DNA of 64,000 bases, taken from positions 1,527,470 through 1,591,469 of the forward strand of contig CAWEWY010000003.1 of NCBI GenBank assembly GCA_963812905.1, written 5' to 3'. Every line of letters begins with the position of its first letter. Within the stretch, counting starts at the first letter, position 1. The notes under the pieces were generated by a model. The model saw only the letters and a program-made list of their open reading frames with translations. It was not told where the DNA came from and did not search any database. Source of the stretch: an uncultured Solirubrobacterales bacterium (lineage in GTDB: Bacteria; Actinomycetota; Thermoleophilia; Solirubrobacterales; 70-9). Positions 20,668 to 30,025 of the stretch are shown in pieces. A program made the position numbers and the translations under genes.

Positions 20668-21336
20668 GTGGAGCCCGACGCCGTAGAGATCCGCGTGCTC
20701 GGCTGCCTGGTCGAGAAGCAGCGCACCACTCCGGACGCCTACCCGCTCTCGCTCAACGCCCTGCGCCTCGCCTGCAACCAGTCGACCAACCGCGAGCCGG
20801 TCGTCGACTACGACGAGCAGGCCGTGGTCGAGGCCCTGCGGCGCCTCGCCCTGCGTGGCTGGACCCGCCTCGCCAGCGCCGCCGGCAGCCGCGCCCGCAA
20901 GTACCGCCACCTCCTGAACGACGCCTTCGGCCTCGACGACGAGGAGATCTGCCTCCTGGCGGTCCTGATGCTGCGCGGCCCCCAGACCCCGGGTGAGCTG
21001 AAGCAGCGCGGCCAGCGCCTGCACGACTTCCCCGACCTGGCCGCGGTCCAAGCGACCCTGGACCGCCTGGTCGAGCGCGGCCACGTCGCCCGCCACGAGC
21101 GCCGCCCGGGCCAGAAGGAGGACCGCTACGAGCAGCTGCTGGGCGGGGATTCCGGTGAGCTTGCCCCAACGCCCACGAACGCAGTCCCGGACGAGTCGGC
21201 ATCAGGCGAGGAGGTCGCAGGCGGTGAGCCAGCGACGGAGATCAAGCCCGCCGAGGATCGCCTCACCCGCCTCGAACGCGAAGTATCCGAGCTCCGTACT
21301 GAGCTGGCCGCCCTTCGCGCCGAGCTTGGCGACTGA
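20668..21336 (+). CDS. YceH/DUF480 (UPF0502) family protein
   Basis: EIRVLGCLVEKQRTTPDAYPLSLNALRLACNQSTNREPVV is the family signature. Confidence 0.75.
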   Translation: MEPDAVEIRVLGCLVEKQRTTPDAYPLSLNALRLACNQSTNREPVVDYDEQAVVEALRRLALRGWTRLASAAGSRARKYRHLLNDAFGLDDEEICLLAVLMLRGPQTPGELKQRGQRLHDFPDLAAVQATLDRLVERGHVARHERRPGQKEDRYEQLLGGDSGELAPTPTNAVPDESASGEEVAGGEPATEIKPAEDRLTRLEREVSELRTELAALRAELGD

Positions 21337-21364
21337 CCAGGCTCTACGCGCCCATCGGATGACA

Positions 21365-21438
<74 letters not shown>

Positions 21439-21441
21439 GGG

Positions 21442-22674
21442 CTACCGGAAAAGGCTCTGTTGAGCCGTTTCCAGCGATTGTGAGTCGTCCGCGCTCGGCT
21501 CAGATTCGACAGAAACAGGCTCTCCGCTGCCCATTGCTGCCCATTGGAGGGCTGCATCGAACTCGCGAAGCGCCACGCCGATCAGCCTCTCGCGGCGGCG
21601 CACAGCACTAGCGTAGACCTTCATCGAGAACCCCGGCTCGGTGTGCCCGAGCTGGTTCGCCACGTACACGGGGTCGTCGCCCAGGGCGAAGCGCAGGCTC
21701 GCGTAGAGGCGACGTAGCGAGTGCGGTGTCACGGCTTCGTCAATGGGCCGAAGGCCCAGCTCATCGAGCCTCTTGTTGGCCCTGCGGATCGCCGTCTTCA
21801 AGCGCCGCTCGACGTTGCTCACGCTCTGCCGCTGTCCCTCGCGGTTGCGAAACATCGGACCCTCGCTGCTGCGCAGCGTGCGGAGCTTGTAGGCGGCGAG
21901 TTCCTTGCGCAGGGCGTCGGGGAGATCGACCTGGCGGATGCCCGCCTCGGTCTTCGATTCGCCAACGGTGAGCGTCCCGCTGGCCGGATCGAAGTCGGGC
22001 CAGTCAAGGCCGCAGGTCTCGCCGTTGCGCAGGCCGGCCCCCGCCATCGTGGCGACCATCGGCCGGAGCTTGCGCGCAGCTTCGAGGAGGGAGGGCAGTT
22101 GCTCTGGCTCGACGGTCGGCCGGTTCGGCGTGCTGCGCTTGACCCGCCGCCGTCTTCCGCGTGCCGGATTGCGCGCCGCGTCGATGTGCCCGTAATCGCC
22201 GGCGTCGTCGAGGATCATCGCCAGCAAGCCGAGCGACTTGTTGATCTGGTTCGGCCCAAGCGCTCCCTCGCGCAGCTTCGCGGCCTTGTAGCGGTCCACG
22301 TCCTCCGGCCCGATCTGGTCAAGGTGCATCGAGGCGAAGTGGGGGAGTAGATGCCCGCTCAGCAGCCAGCGGTAGCTCTTGACGGTCTTCTCCCGCAACT
22401 CCGGCTCGCGGCCCTCAAGCCATTCCGAGGCGAACTCATGGAAGGTCGGCGCTTCGGCAACCTGCGGGGTCTGCGCTGGTTCGTACGGCCGCCATAGGCC
22501 GCGCTCAACGTCCGCCAGGACGTGCCGCAACTCTGCCTCGGCCCGCTTGCGGTTCCAGCCCTCCTCGGCAGTCCCGAGAGCCACATAGCGCCGCTCGCCG
22601 TAGGCGCGGAACCGGATCGCCCAGGCGCGCCCGTCCTGCGGCTCGATCACCTGCCCTGTCGCTTTGCGAGGCAT
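21442..22674 (-). CDS. int: Tyrosine recombinase / phage-type integrase
   Basis: C-terminal catalytic region …VTPHSLRRLYASL…LGHTEPGFSMKVYAS…; the stop codon is 3 nt from the tRNA 5' end. Confidence 0.9.
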   Translation of the reverse strand: MPRKATGQVIEPQDGRAWAIRFRAYGERRYVALGTAEEGWNRKRAEAELRHVLADVERGLWRPYEPAQTPQVAEAPTFHEFASEWLEGREPELREKTVKSYRWLLSGHLLPHFASMHLDQIGPEDVDRYKAAKLREGALGPNQINKSLGLLAMILDDAGDYGHIDAARNPARGRRRRVKRSTPNRPTVEPEQLPSLLEAARKLRPMVATMAGAGLRNGETCGLDWPDFDPASGTLTVGESKTEAGIRQVDLPDALRKELAAYKLRTLRSSEGPMFRNREGQRQSVSNVERRLKTAIRRANKRLDELGLRPIDEAVTPHSLRRLYASLRFALGDDPVYVANQLGHTEPGFSMKVYASAVRRRERLIGVALREFDAALQWAAMGSGEPVSVESEPSADDSQSLETAQQSLFR

Positions 22675-22680
22675 CCCTAC

Positions 22681-23067
22681 CTAAGCCGCCGAGGGCGGAA
22701 AGTTCTCCCCACGCCGCCGAATCGGAAGCAACGCCACCCGTCCCTCCGACCCCTGCGGCTGGCCCGCCCGCTCACCTGAGCGGGTGGGCGGGTCAGCCGT
22801 CGGAACCTCGCCAACCTTCCGCAGCACCCGCACTGCCACTTCGGGATCGAAGCGAAGCCGTGGCTTCGCCCCGTCGCCAAGCTTGACCGCCCCCAGCTCG
22901 ATTGCGTGGGAGTAGACCCAGGAGCGCTCGATCCCGAGCCGCCGCGCCAGCTCAGCCGCATCGACCAGCTCGCGGCTTTGAAGGCCGCGCTTTTCGAGCA
23001 GTTCGACGACCCGGCGGGCAATCGCCTCGATTGTCTGGGGATCGAGCTTGATGCGGGTGGATGCCAT
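22681..23067 (-). CDS. xis: Excisionase-family HTH DNA-binding protein
   Basis: MASTRIKLDPQTIEAIARRVVELL…LVDAAELARRLGIERSWVYSHA is a MerR/excisionase-type HTH; sits immediately upstream of int. Confidence 0.6.
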   Translation of the reverse strand: MASTRIKLDPQTIEAIARRVVELLEKRGLQSRELVDAAELARRLGIERSWVYSHAIELGAVKLGDGAKPRLRFDPEVAVRVLRKVGEVPTADPPTRSGERAGQPQGSEGRVALLPIRRRGENFPPSAA

Positions 23068-23520
23068 CTCACATCTACTGTCAAAACTGAGAGCCGTTTG
23101 CGTCGGGTGACTTTGAAAAAGTTTGCGCAGCGCCTCTCCGGCTCGCGCAATCGACACCGCTCCCGACCCGCCGCCAAACATTGCTGACGTTGCAGATCAG
23201 CAAAGTGCGGCCCAGGCATGGAACCAAGGGGTTCGTAGTGTGTCGGCCGTCGGGGCTGTGGCGTGGGGAGGGCATCTGGGACTACCTGGGGGTCTGCCTC
23301 GGGACCTCTGGCATCTGTGGGGGTAGCTGGCCTGAGTCGGTGGCTCTGGCTGCTGGCTGAATGAATCTGATCTGGACTTGCTGGCTGTCTATGGCTGGCG
23401 TTCAGCGGCTTCTCGGAGGCCGAGGCAGGGTGCGGAGCCATCCATGCGAGTAGACAACCTCGCCACCTCCCTGTGGCCTGCGCCCCGGCCCCCGAGAAGC
23501 CGCTGAACAACCTTGCCGTT

Positions 23521-23805
23521 CTAAGTGACGCCCCCGATCAGCTCGTCAAAGCGAGCAGCGGCCCTGCTGGGGGCGAGCCTCCGGCAATCGCAGGTGAGCA
23601 GCCCGTCGCGGGTCAACTCCCGCACGGCGCGCTCTACGGCGTCCTGTTCGCAACTGCGCAGGTCCGTCTCGACCCGCAGGGCAAGCTCAAGGATCGTGAG
23701 CTGCGCCGGGTGCAGGAACAAGACCTGCGTGAGGACCGAACGTTCCATGATCTCGTCCTCGTGGAAGGGCGCAGAAAGGCCCGGCCGGATATCTTCGTCG
23801 TGCAT
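23521..23805 (-). CDS. Hypothetical protein with a possible winged helix, island cargo
   Basis: …LTQVLFLHPAQLTILELALRV…AVERAVRELTRDGLL…; divergent from the XRE gene. Confidence 0.4.
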   Translation of the reverse strand: MHDEDIRPGLSAPFHEDEIMERSVLTQVLFLHPAQLTILELALRVETDLRSCEQDAVERAVRELTRDGLLTCDCRRLAPSRAAARFDELIGGVT

Positions 23806-23958
23806 GGGAGTTCATACCTCCTGTGCCATGCCCCCGGCTGTTCCACCAGCGCGGGGGCGCTTTGTCGTTGGGTCGGCGAGCCTACAGCAACTTCTGCTGA
23901 AACACAAGTGCTCAGACAGGTGGATCGAAACGCCCGCGTCTGAGAACGTGCGCAGTGG

Positions 23959-24195
23959 ATGCGCCGCTCTGATCAACCCCAGCCCGCCCTAGGCAAAGCG
24001 ATCCGCCAGCTCCGCGAAGAGCGCGGCATGACCCAGGAATCCCTCGCCCAAGAGGCTGGAGTCACGGTCGGCCACATGTCGATGATCGAACGCGGGCACT
24101 CCAATCCGACTTGGGCGACGGTCAAGGCAATCTCCTCGGCTCTAGACACATCGATGGTCGGGTTGACCGAACTCATTGATCAATTGGAGAGCTGA
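23959..24195 (+). CDS. XRE-family (Cro/CI-type HTH) transcriptional regulator
   Basis: LGKAIRQLREERGMTQESLAQEAGVTVGHMSMIERGHSNPTWATVKAISSAL. Confidence 0.8.
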   Translation: MRRSDQPQPALGKAIRQLREERGMTQESLAQEAGVTVGHMSMIERGHSNPTWATVKAISSALDTSMVGLTELIDQLES

Positions 24196-24314
24196 CTAGC
24201 CTTGATGGGCACGCTACCGGAGTCTCGGAACTCCATGCGCGATCACTGCCCAGTTTCATCGTCGCTCCTATGTACATAGATTTCCCTAGAGTTCATCTCT
24301 AGGAGGTAGGCGCT

Positions 24315-26330
24315 ATGGACGATGTGCGCTTCGACCCAGTTTGGCGGCGAATCCGTCGCGATAGCTACACCAAAAAGCTAGAGGGGCGATTCCTGGATCG
24401 ATTCACTCGCCTTGAGCACTTGGTCAACTGGGGCTCTCTGTCCTGGCTAAACCCCCATGCAACGGCTACAAAGCAAGCGCACCATCTTGGCACCGAACAC
24501 AACGCATCACGTTTTCTGGCAGCCGGGGAACGTCGTACACAACATCGGCCATCCTTGCGAGCTGCGGCGCACGTCATGCATTGGGGCCATCTTCCGCTGA
24601 GCTATCAAGGCGCCGAGGCCATACTCAGAGCGGCTCACGTGGAGGAGAAAACCCGGCAGACCCTCGAAGAAGTAGTGAACCAAGTCGTTTCTTTTGGCCA
24701 GCTCCAGTGCGCAGAGGACGACCATCCTGGGCACTGCGTGGAGATGCTGCTCGCTGGTGAACGACCCTTTGAGCTTTATCGATGGTTCTCGGCATGGATC
24801 GTTTCGGAGGAGTGGAGTCGTCTGTGGCCCGCCATCTGTGAAGCGGAGCAAGCATTGGGTGCCGATACTCCAGACGAGACCAAAGTAAAAGGCAGCCTTG
24901 TGAACTCTCTGGTTTGCCGCGATTATCGCGGCAATGAAGTTCTGACCGCGTGTAACCGGGCCGACTACGTGCCCCGAGACCTACTGCAGTGTGGCACTGC
25001 TTGGCTGACCCTTGATCCAGACGTTCTGTGGGAGCGGGATCCGATAGGACCAGAAGCGGCAGATGAGTGGGCGTTGATTGACTCTGCTCGGTCTTATCTA
25101 GAGCAGCGATTCTATGCAACGCCAACGTCCCTACTAATGCACACTTTGATTGCCAGACTCATCGGCAACGATTTCGCGCGTACCCCTATCACGCTTGACG
25201 ATCTTCGGGAACTTCTTCGACAGGAGGAAGGAGATGCGTACTTCGAGCACCATCTTCGCCCCAAATATCGAAAGACACTTCGCGATCTAAAGGAGAATGC
25301 ACATCGAGATTTCGAGCGTGAGTGGATCGAGGTTGGAGTATTCCAGCAGGTTAGCCTTCCGGCGGGATCTCGCTTTGCCGCAGAGGACTTCCTGACCGAG
25401 CGGACGGGGAAGCGGCGCGTCATTTACCCGTTCGTCGATAACTACAGCGTATTCGTCGAGTTCCAAGAGGTGAATCCATTCGCCGAACTCATGGCAGGCC
25501 ATAATCGCCGTTACGGAAACGTCTATTGCCATCAGCGTCGACTAGAGACGCCCGAAAAGCTTGGACCTATGCTGAGCGTGTTGGCCAAGACATCGGACTG
25601 GATTCAGCGTGCTCACGCCGGCGAGGTCGAGAGCGCGATTTTGGCTTGGATTTTGGGCGCCAAAGTCGAGCAGCGATCGAATCTCTTGTTCACCGCATGT
25701 CAGGCTGTAGCTGTTGAAGACATTGACGTAGTTCGAGCGGGATTGAAGGCCCTACGCGGCCGCTCATCGTTGGTCGAACTCAACGAGCACAGCGACGTGG
25801 CGCTGAAAGCAGATCTTCTGTCAGATGCCGCATTCGAGCAACCTATCCAAAATGTTGGTGAGTTCCTCCTTAGGATGCCGTGGAGGGCCATTAAAATCTC
25901 TGATAGCCGAGATATTTTGCGTCATCTCGCTGATAAAGCCCTTGAAAAGGCCAAAGCGAAAAAAGGTGGAGATCGTGGGCCGGCGTTGGAGCTTGCCGTT
26001 GCTATCGATCAGCTACTTTCAGATGACGATTGCAGCCATAGGTTTTGCATTTTCAATGCAACGGAGATATCAAACGAAAGGCGCCCAATACGTGAGTGGG
26101 ACGTTATCCGTCTGGACTTGCTTCGGGATGGCCGGTGGACCTTGACGGCAGTTGAGTGTTCGGTGAATCGAACCAAAAAAAAGGACGACAAAGATGTCTT
26201 GGCGCTCCAAGCGCTACAGGATGCGGTCCGAACACGCTATAGCGATCTTGTCTCATACACCACATCGTTTGCAACCGTCGAGGATGACGGACTGGCTTAT
26301 GAAGATGCGGGCCGGAGCTACACGCCTTGA
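24315..26330 (+). CDS. 671-aa island cargo protein; N-terminus has degenerate dGTPase/SAMHD1-type HD-domain motifs, remainder unrecognised
   Basis: AGGAGG RBS 9 nt upstream; AT-richer than the core; ordered motif series FTRLEHLVNWG / NPHATATKQAHHLGTEH / AAHVMHWGHLPLSY parallels SAMHD1 FQRLRYIKQLG / FPGASHNRFEHSLGV / AGLCHDLGHGPFSH, but the HD dyad is replaced (MH/HW). Confidence 0.7.
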   Translation: MDDVRFDPVWRRIRRDSYTKKLEGRFLDRFTRLEHLVNWGSLSWLNPHATATKQAHHLGTEHNASRFLAAGERRTQHRPSLRAAAHVMHWGHLPLSYQGAEAILRAAHVEEKTRQTLEEVVNQVVSFGQLQCAEDDHPGHCVEMLLAGERPFELYRWFSAWIVSEEWSRLWPAICEAEQALGADTPDETKVKGSLVNSLVCRDYRGNEVLTACNRADYVPRDLLQCGTAWLTLDPDVLWERDPIGPEAADEWALIDSARSYLEQRFYATPTSLLMHTLIARLIGNDFARTPITLDDLRELLRQEEGDAYFEHHLRPKYRKTLRDLKENAHRDFEREWIEVGVFQQVSLPAGSRFAAEDFLTERTGKRRVIYPFVDNYSVFVEFQEVNPFAELMAGHNRRYGNVYCHQRRLETPEKLGPMLSVLAKTSDWIQRAHAGEVESAILAWILGAKVEQRSNLLFTACQAVAVEDIDVVRAGLKALRGRSSLVELNEHSDVALKADLLSDAAFEQPIQNVGEFLLRMPWRAIKISDSRDILRHLADKALEKAKAKKGGDRGPALELAVAIDQLLSDDDCSHRFCIFNATEISNERRPIREWDVIRLDLLRDGRWTLTAVECSVNRTKKKDDKDVLALQALQDAVRTRYSDLVSYTTSFATVEDDGLAYEDAGRSYTP

Positions 26331-26414
26331 TCAATTATTGACTGGCAAGCCACGGTCGCTGCTCGCAAGTGACTCTGGCACAGGAAGCGCAGGGCCCGAT
26401 GTTTCGTCATAGAA

Positions 26415-27230
26415 CTACAAAGACGGTAGGCTATTCAAGCTTACAATTTCGTCGCTGAGCGTAACATGGGCTTCGGATGAGTTCCCAGCGTCAGGAGAAA
26501 GAAATCCAAGTTTGGGATTGGTGCCAGCAGAGTGTGCTGCCGAAAACAATTCGACGCCAAGCCATGAGATACCAAATACAAAACCACCGACGGGGACCTG
26601 TCGACCAATTGACTCACTCAGTATCTCTGGGGGACCGGCCCTATAGAAGTCCTGTAGCAGTCCTTCTCTAATCAAGCCAAGTATGCAGTGCTCGAAAATT
26701 GGCTCCCAGGTTTCATCTGAGCCGACCTCCATGCCGGCGAACCATGCGTCCCAGGGCACAAAGAAGCGACCTTCCTCCCTGAGAGCGACGGCTGCGGCGA
26801 AGTTGTGCCGGAGTTGGGAGGTTCGCACCAGACGCCTCGCATGCACATACAGGAAATAATGGCTGCGTATTTGATAAGTCGACAGTCGACCAACGAGCGC
26901 TGCGAGTGTTGCCCCTCGATCGTCTCTTGTAACTTGCGTCTTAGACGAAGCGAGAATCCCCCCAAAGTACTCGCAGCTTAGCTCGTCATCGCAATAGGAG
27001 CCCTCCTCAAGAACTTCCCGAAGAACACGGGGAGGTACTCCACCGGGTCGATTAAGGCCATCGTCACCAAGCTTTAGCTTGGCATTCTCAAATATCCGCT
27101 GGATGTTGGCGACGCGCTGCTCTGCCCAATGCTGAAGTTCATCTCCGAGGTAATCAGCGGTAGGTCCCAAGATCTTCAGCGCTATTGGCGCGGAAGTTCC
27201 TAGAACGACCAGTCCCTCTGGGTCGACCAT
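26415..27230 (-). CDS. Abi-alpha (DUF4393)-like abortive-infection family protein
   Basis: N-terminal pattern …LGPTADYLGDELQHWAEQRVANIQRIFENAKLKL…GVPPRVLREVLEEGSYCDDELSCEYFGGILA matches, from memory, the Abi_alpha signature (…VPPKVL..LLE.AS.EDDEELQ..WA.LLA); AT-rich. Confidence 0.55.
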   Translation of the reverse strand: MVDPEGLVVLGTSAPIALKILGPTADYLGDELQHWAEQRVANIQRIFENAKLKLGDDGLNRPGGVPPRVLREVLEEGSYCDDELSCEYFGGILASSKTQVTRDDRGATLAALVGRLSTYQIRSHYFLYVHARRLVRTSQLRHNFAAAVALREEGRFFVPWDAWFAGMEVGSDETWEPIFEHCILGLIREGLLQDFYRAGPPEILSESIGRQVPVGGFVFGISWLGVELFSAAHSAGTNPKLGFLSPDAGNSSEAHVTLSDEIVSLNSLPSL

Positions 27231-27422
27231 GTGCGGAGCCTAGACGACGTTGACCGACCCTTGTGTGGCTCAGTCCGGAGCCGGAGGAAATTCATTGGGC
27301 AGCAGCGTGATTTCGCTGCCCAAATCAAAATGAATCCCACCTAAAACGGCGAGAAATGACGAACCTAAGCGCCACTCTCTTTCCGCTCTACAGACACGAA
27401 AACTCCAACTTCTCCAGTCGCT

Positions 27423-27463
<41 letters not shown>

Positions 27464-27502
27464 ATGCCGACATTGTCTCTCAGACGAGCCGTCCAATGAG
27501 TG

Positions 27503-27871
27503 CTAGGTCTGAAGCCGGTTGTGGGCGACTTGGTAGACGGTGGGAGCGTTCGAGTCACGCGGATGATGGCGGACGCCGAAGGCGGCGTAGACGAGTCGCA
27601 ACTTGCCGCTACGGCGCTCGATGCGGAAGACCATGCCGAACTTTCCGTCAGGGGGTGGCAGATAGACCTTGACGCAATGCGCGAGCTGGGTTCCGTCGGT
27701 GCCTTCCTTGTCGCAGGCAAGAAGGACATCTACCGGCACGCCGTTCTGTTCGTACTCGCTCCGGGTTGCGCGGGCGACCTTCTGCCCTGCATCGCTGGCT
27801 CGCCTCAAATCCTCAGCGAAGGCAGCATCGTCGAACAGGGCCGTTGTCCGACCAGACCGCTTGTCGCTCAC
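27503..27871 (-). CDS. Mini-element 1, gene B: 122-aa protein, possibly a RelE/ParE-fold toxin
   Basis: …CVKVYLPPPDGKFGMVFRIERRSGKLRLVYAAFGVRHHP… has a C-terminal beta pattern reminiscent of RelE/ParE; start overlaps the stop of gene A. Confidence 0.5.
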   Translation of the reverse strand: MSDKRSGRTTALFDDAAFAEDLRRASDAGQKVARATRSEYEQNGVPVDVLLACDKEGTDGTQLAHCVKVYLPPPDGKFGMVFRIERRSGKLRLVYAAFGVRHHPRDSNAPTVYQVAHNRLQT

Positions 27872-27874
27872 CGG

Positions 27875-28120
27875 CTACCCCTCGCCGTCGGGGGGCTGCA
27901 CTGGGCCGAACTCGGCCTCGAACTCAGCCAAGGTCGCCGGCTCGGTGCCAAGGCGCTTGCGGATCGCCTCGAACGAGGTATCCGGAACAAGTGTGAGCGA
28001 TCCGTCCGGGCGCTCCTCGGTGACGCGGTACTCGCCCACCCGGTCGTCGCTGAGCTCGACGTGAGCATGCAACTCCATGCGGTGGATGATGGCAGAAGCC
28101 GACCGTGCTGTTGAAGGCAT
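27875..28120 (-). CDS. Mini-element 1, gene A: 81-aa protein, putative antitoxin partner
   Basis: MPSTARSASAIIHRMELHAHVELSDDRVGEYRVTEERPDGSLTLVPDTSFEAIRKRLGTEPATLAEFEAEFGPV…; first gene of a two-gene operon. Confidence 0.5.
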   Translation of the reverse strand: MPSTARSASAIIHRMELHAHVELSDDRVGEYRVTEERPDGSLTLVPDTSFEAIRKRLGTEPATLAEFEAEFGPVQPPDGEG

Positions 28121-28453
28121 CCCTGCATTTCCTTTCGCTGCGTTTTCGCTTCCATGTCTGAACTCCGCTGTCTTGACGGCAGTCGCTTTCTATCGCCACA
28201 GGGATCCAGATTCGCAAGTGCCGCCCGAAGGCGGCACCGCATCTCAGCCCGCCGAAACGAACTGAGGGGGTGCAGACAGAATACCTACAACCCTCGCCTG
28301 GTGCCTGCCTCGCGGCGTCGAGGACTGATTGGGCAGCGGAGCTTCTCGCTGCCCAAACCGGGATAGAAGCACGGCAATCCACAAGATTCCGCGGTCGCAC
28401 TCGGAATCGTCAAAACCTTACCCAGAGCCGAAAACGCGCGCGCCTCCACCTCG

Positions 28454-28497
<44 letters not shown>

Positions 28498-28535
28498 GCC
28501 GACATTGTCTCTCAGACGAGCCATCCAATGAAGCG

Positions 28536-28904
28536 CTAGGTCTGAAGCCGGTCGTGGGCGACTTGGTAGACGGTGGGAGCGTTCGAGCCACGCGGATGAT
28601 GGCGCACGCCGAAGGCGGCGTAGGCGAGTCGCAACTTGCCGTTGCGGCGCTCGATACGAAAGACCATGCCGAACTTTCCGTCAGGAGGCGGCAGGTAGAC
28701 CTTGACGCAATGCGCGAGTTGGGTTCCGTCTGCGCCTTCCTCGTCGCAGGCAAGAAGGACATCCACCGGCACGCCGTCCTGTTCGTACGCGCTCCGGGTC
28801 GCGTGGGCGACCTCCTGCCCCGCATCGCTGGCTCGCCTCAAATCCTCAGCGAAGGCAGCATCGTCGAACAGGGCCGTTGTCCGACCAGACCGCTTGTCGC
28901 TCAC
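28536..28904 (-). CDS. Mini-element 2, gene B': paralog of 27503-27871
   Basis: 10 substitutions in 122 aa relative to copy 1. Confidence 0.5.
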   Translation of the reverse strand: MSDKRSGRTTALFDDAAFAEDLRRASDAGQEVAHATRSAYEQDGVPVDVLLACDEEGADGTQLAHCVKVYLPPPDGKFGMVFRIERRNGKLRLAYAAFGVRHHPRGSNAPTVYQVAHDRLQT

Positions 28905-28907
28905 CGG

Positions 28908-29153
28908 CTACCCCTCGCCGTCGGGGGGCTGCACTGGGCCGAACTCGGCCTCGAACTCAGCCAAGGTCGCCGGCTCGGTGCCAAGGCGCTTGCGGATCGC
29001 CTCGAACGACGTATCCGGAACGAGGGTGAGCGATCCGTCCGGGCGCTCCTCGGTGACGCGGTACTCGCCCACCCGGTCGTCGCTGAGCTCGACATGAGCA
29101 TGCAACTCCATGCGGTGGATGATGGCAGAAGCCGACCGTGCTGTTGAAGGCAT
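28908..29153 (-). CDS. Mini-element 2, gene A': identical paralog of 27875-28120
   Basis: All 81 residues identical to copy 1; begins at the internal Met of track ORF 28908..29252. Confidence 0.5.
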   Translation of the reverse strand: MPSTARSASAIIHRMELHAHVELSDDRVGEYRVTEERPDGSLTLVPDTSFEAIRKRLGTEPATLAEFEAEFGPVQPPDGEG

Positions 29154-29487
29154 CCCTGCATTTCCTCTCGCTGCGTTTTCGCTTCCATGTCTGAACTCCG
29201 CTGTCTTCACGGCCAAGCCACTTTCTATCGCCACAGGGATCCAGATTCGCAAGTGCCGCCCAAAGGCGACACCGCATCTCAGCCGCCGAAACGGACTGAG
29301 GGGGTGCAGACAGAATACCTACAACCCTCGCCCGGTGCCTGCCTCGAGGCGTCGAGGACTGATTGGGCAGCAGAGCTTTCTCGCTGCCCAAACCGGGGTA
29401 GAAGCCCGGCAATCCACAGGAATCCGGGATCGCACTCGGAATCGTGTAATCCTTACCCAGAGCCGAAAAAGCGCACCCATCCGTCTC

Positions 29488-29528
<41 letters not shown>

Positions 29529-29548
29529 TGGACGGCTAAATCGTAGAG

Positions 29549-30025
29549 CTATCGGCCTGCAGCATCGAGGTCCTCCAGATCTGCGAGGTCGCGGGTTCTG
29601 CCGGCGGCGCTCTTCATGGCCTTGAGATCCTCGATCGAGCAGACGGCGACCTCAATGCCGAGGATCTCTGCCTCCGTCGAACGAGCATGCAATTCGTCAT
29701 AGGTGGGAACCCCGTCGAGACCCTGAACGATGTCCAGGCGACCGAGGTCGGTCTCGATGGCAACCTGTTCGCCGCTCGCGAGTTGGCCCGCGATTGACAG
29801 TTGTCTGCTGAGGAAGGATTCGCCTGCATGCACATGTCCGTGGATTGCCTCGGCAACAGCTGCGAGACGTTCGAGATTCTCGGCATCTGAGGCGACGACA
29901 ATGTCCACGTCCTTCGTCCCACGAACCACTCCCCACGCTCCAAGGGCAAGACCGCCGACCACGACGAACCTCACTTCCGCCTCCGTCAAACGACGGAGGA
30001 TCTGATCGAAGGCCGGGGCGCTCAC
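29549..30025 (-). CDS. Nucleotidyltransferase-fold protein (minimal NTase, MNT/AbiEii-like)
   Basis: …EVRFVVVGGLALGAWGVVRGTKDVDIVVASD… fits the hGGxA…G..R.T.DhDh NTase signature; moderate GC. Confidence 0.55.
   Translation of the reverse strand: MSAPAFDQILRRLTEAEVRFVVVGGLALGAWGVVRGTKDVDIVVASDAENLERLAAVAEAIHGHVHAGESFLSRQLSIAGQLASGEQVAIETDLGRLDIVQGLDGVPTYDELHARSTEAEILGIEVAVCSIEDLKAMKSAAGRTRDLADLEDLDAAGR

Noticed and set aside
24365-25423. Short minus-strand ORFs inside the 671-aa gene (24365..24577, 24507..24851, 24625..25125, 25112..25423)
   Set aside because: They are nested antisense to a long uninterrupted plus-strand ORF that has an RBS. No independent support.
27500-28114. Plus-strand 204-aa and 272-aa ORFs (27500..28114, 28329..29147) spanning each mini-element
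   Set aside because: They are antisense to two short, translationally coupled minus-strand genes with a better start context. The duplicated plus-strand ORFs accumulate non-conservative changes exactly where the minus-strand proteins are conserved.
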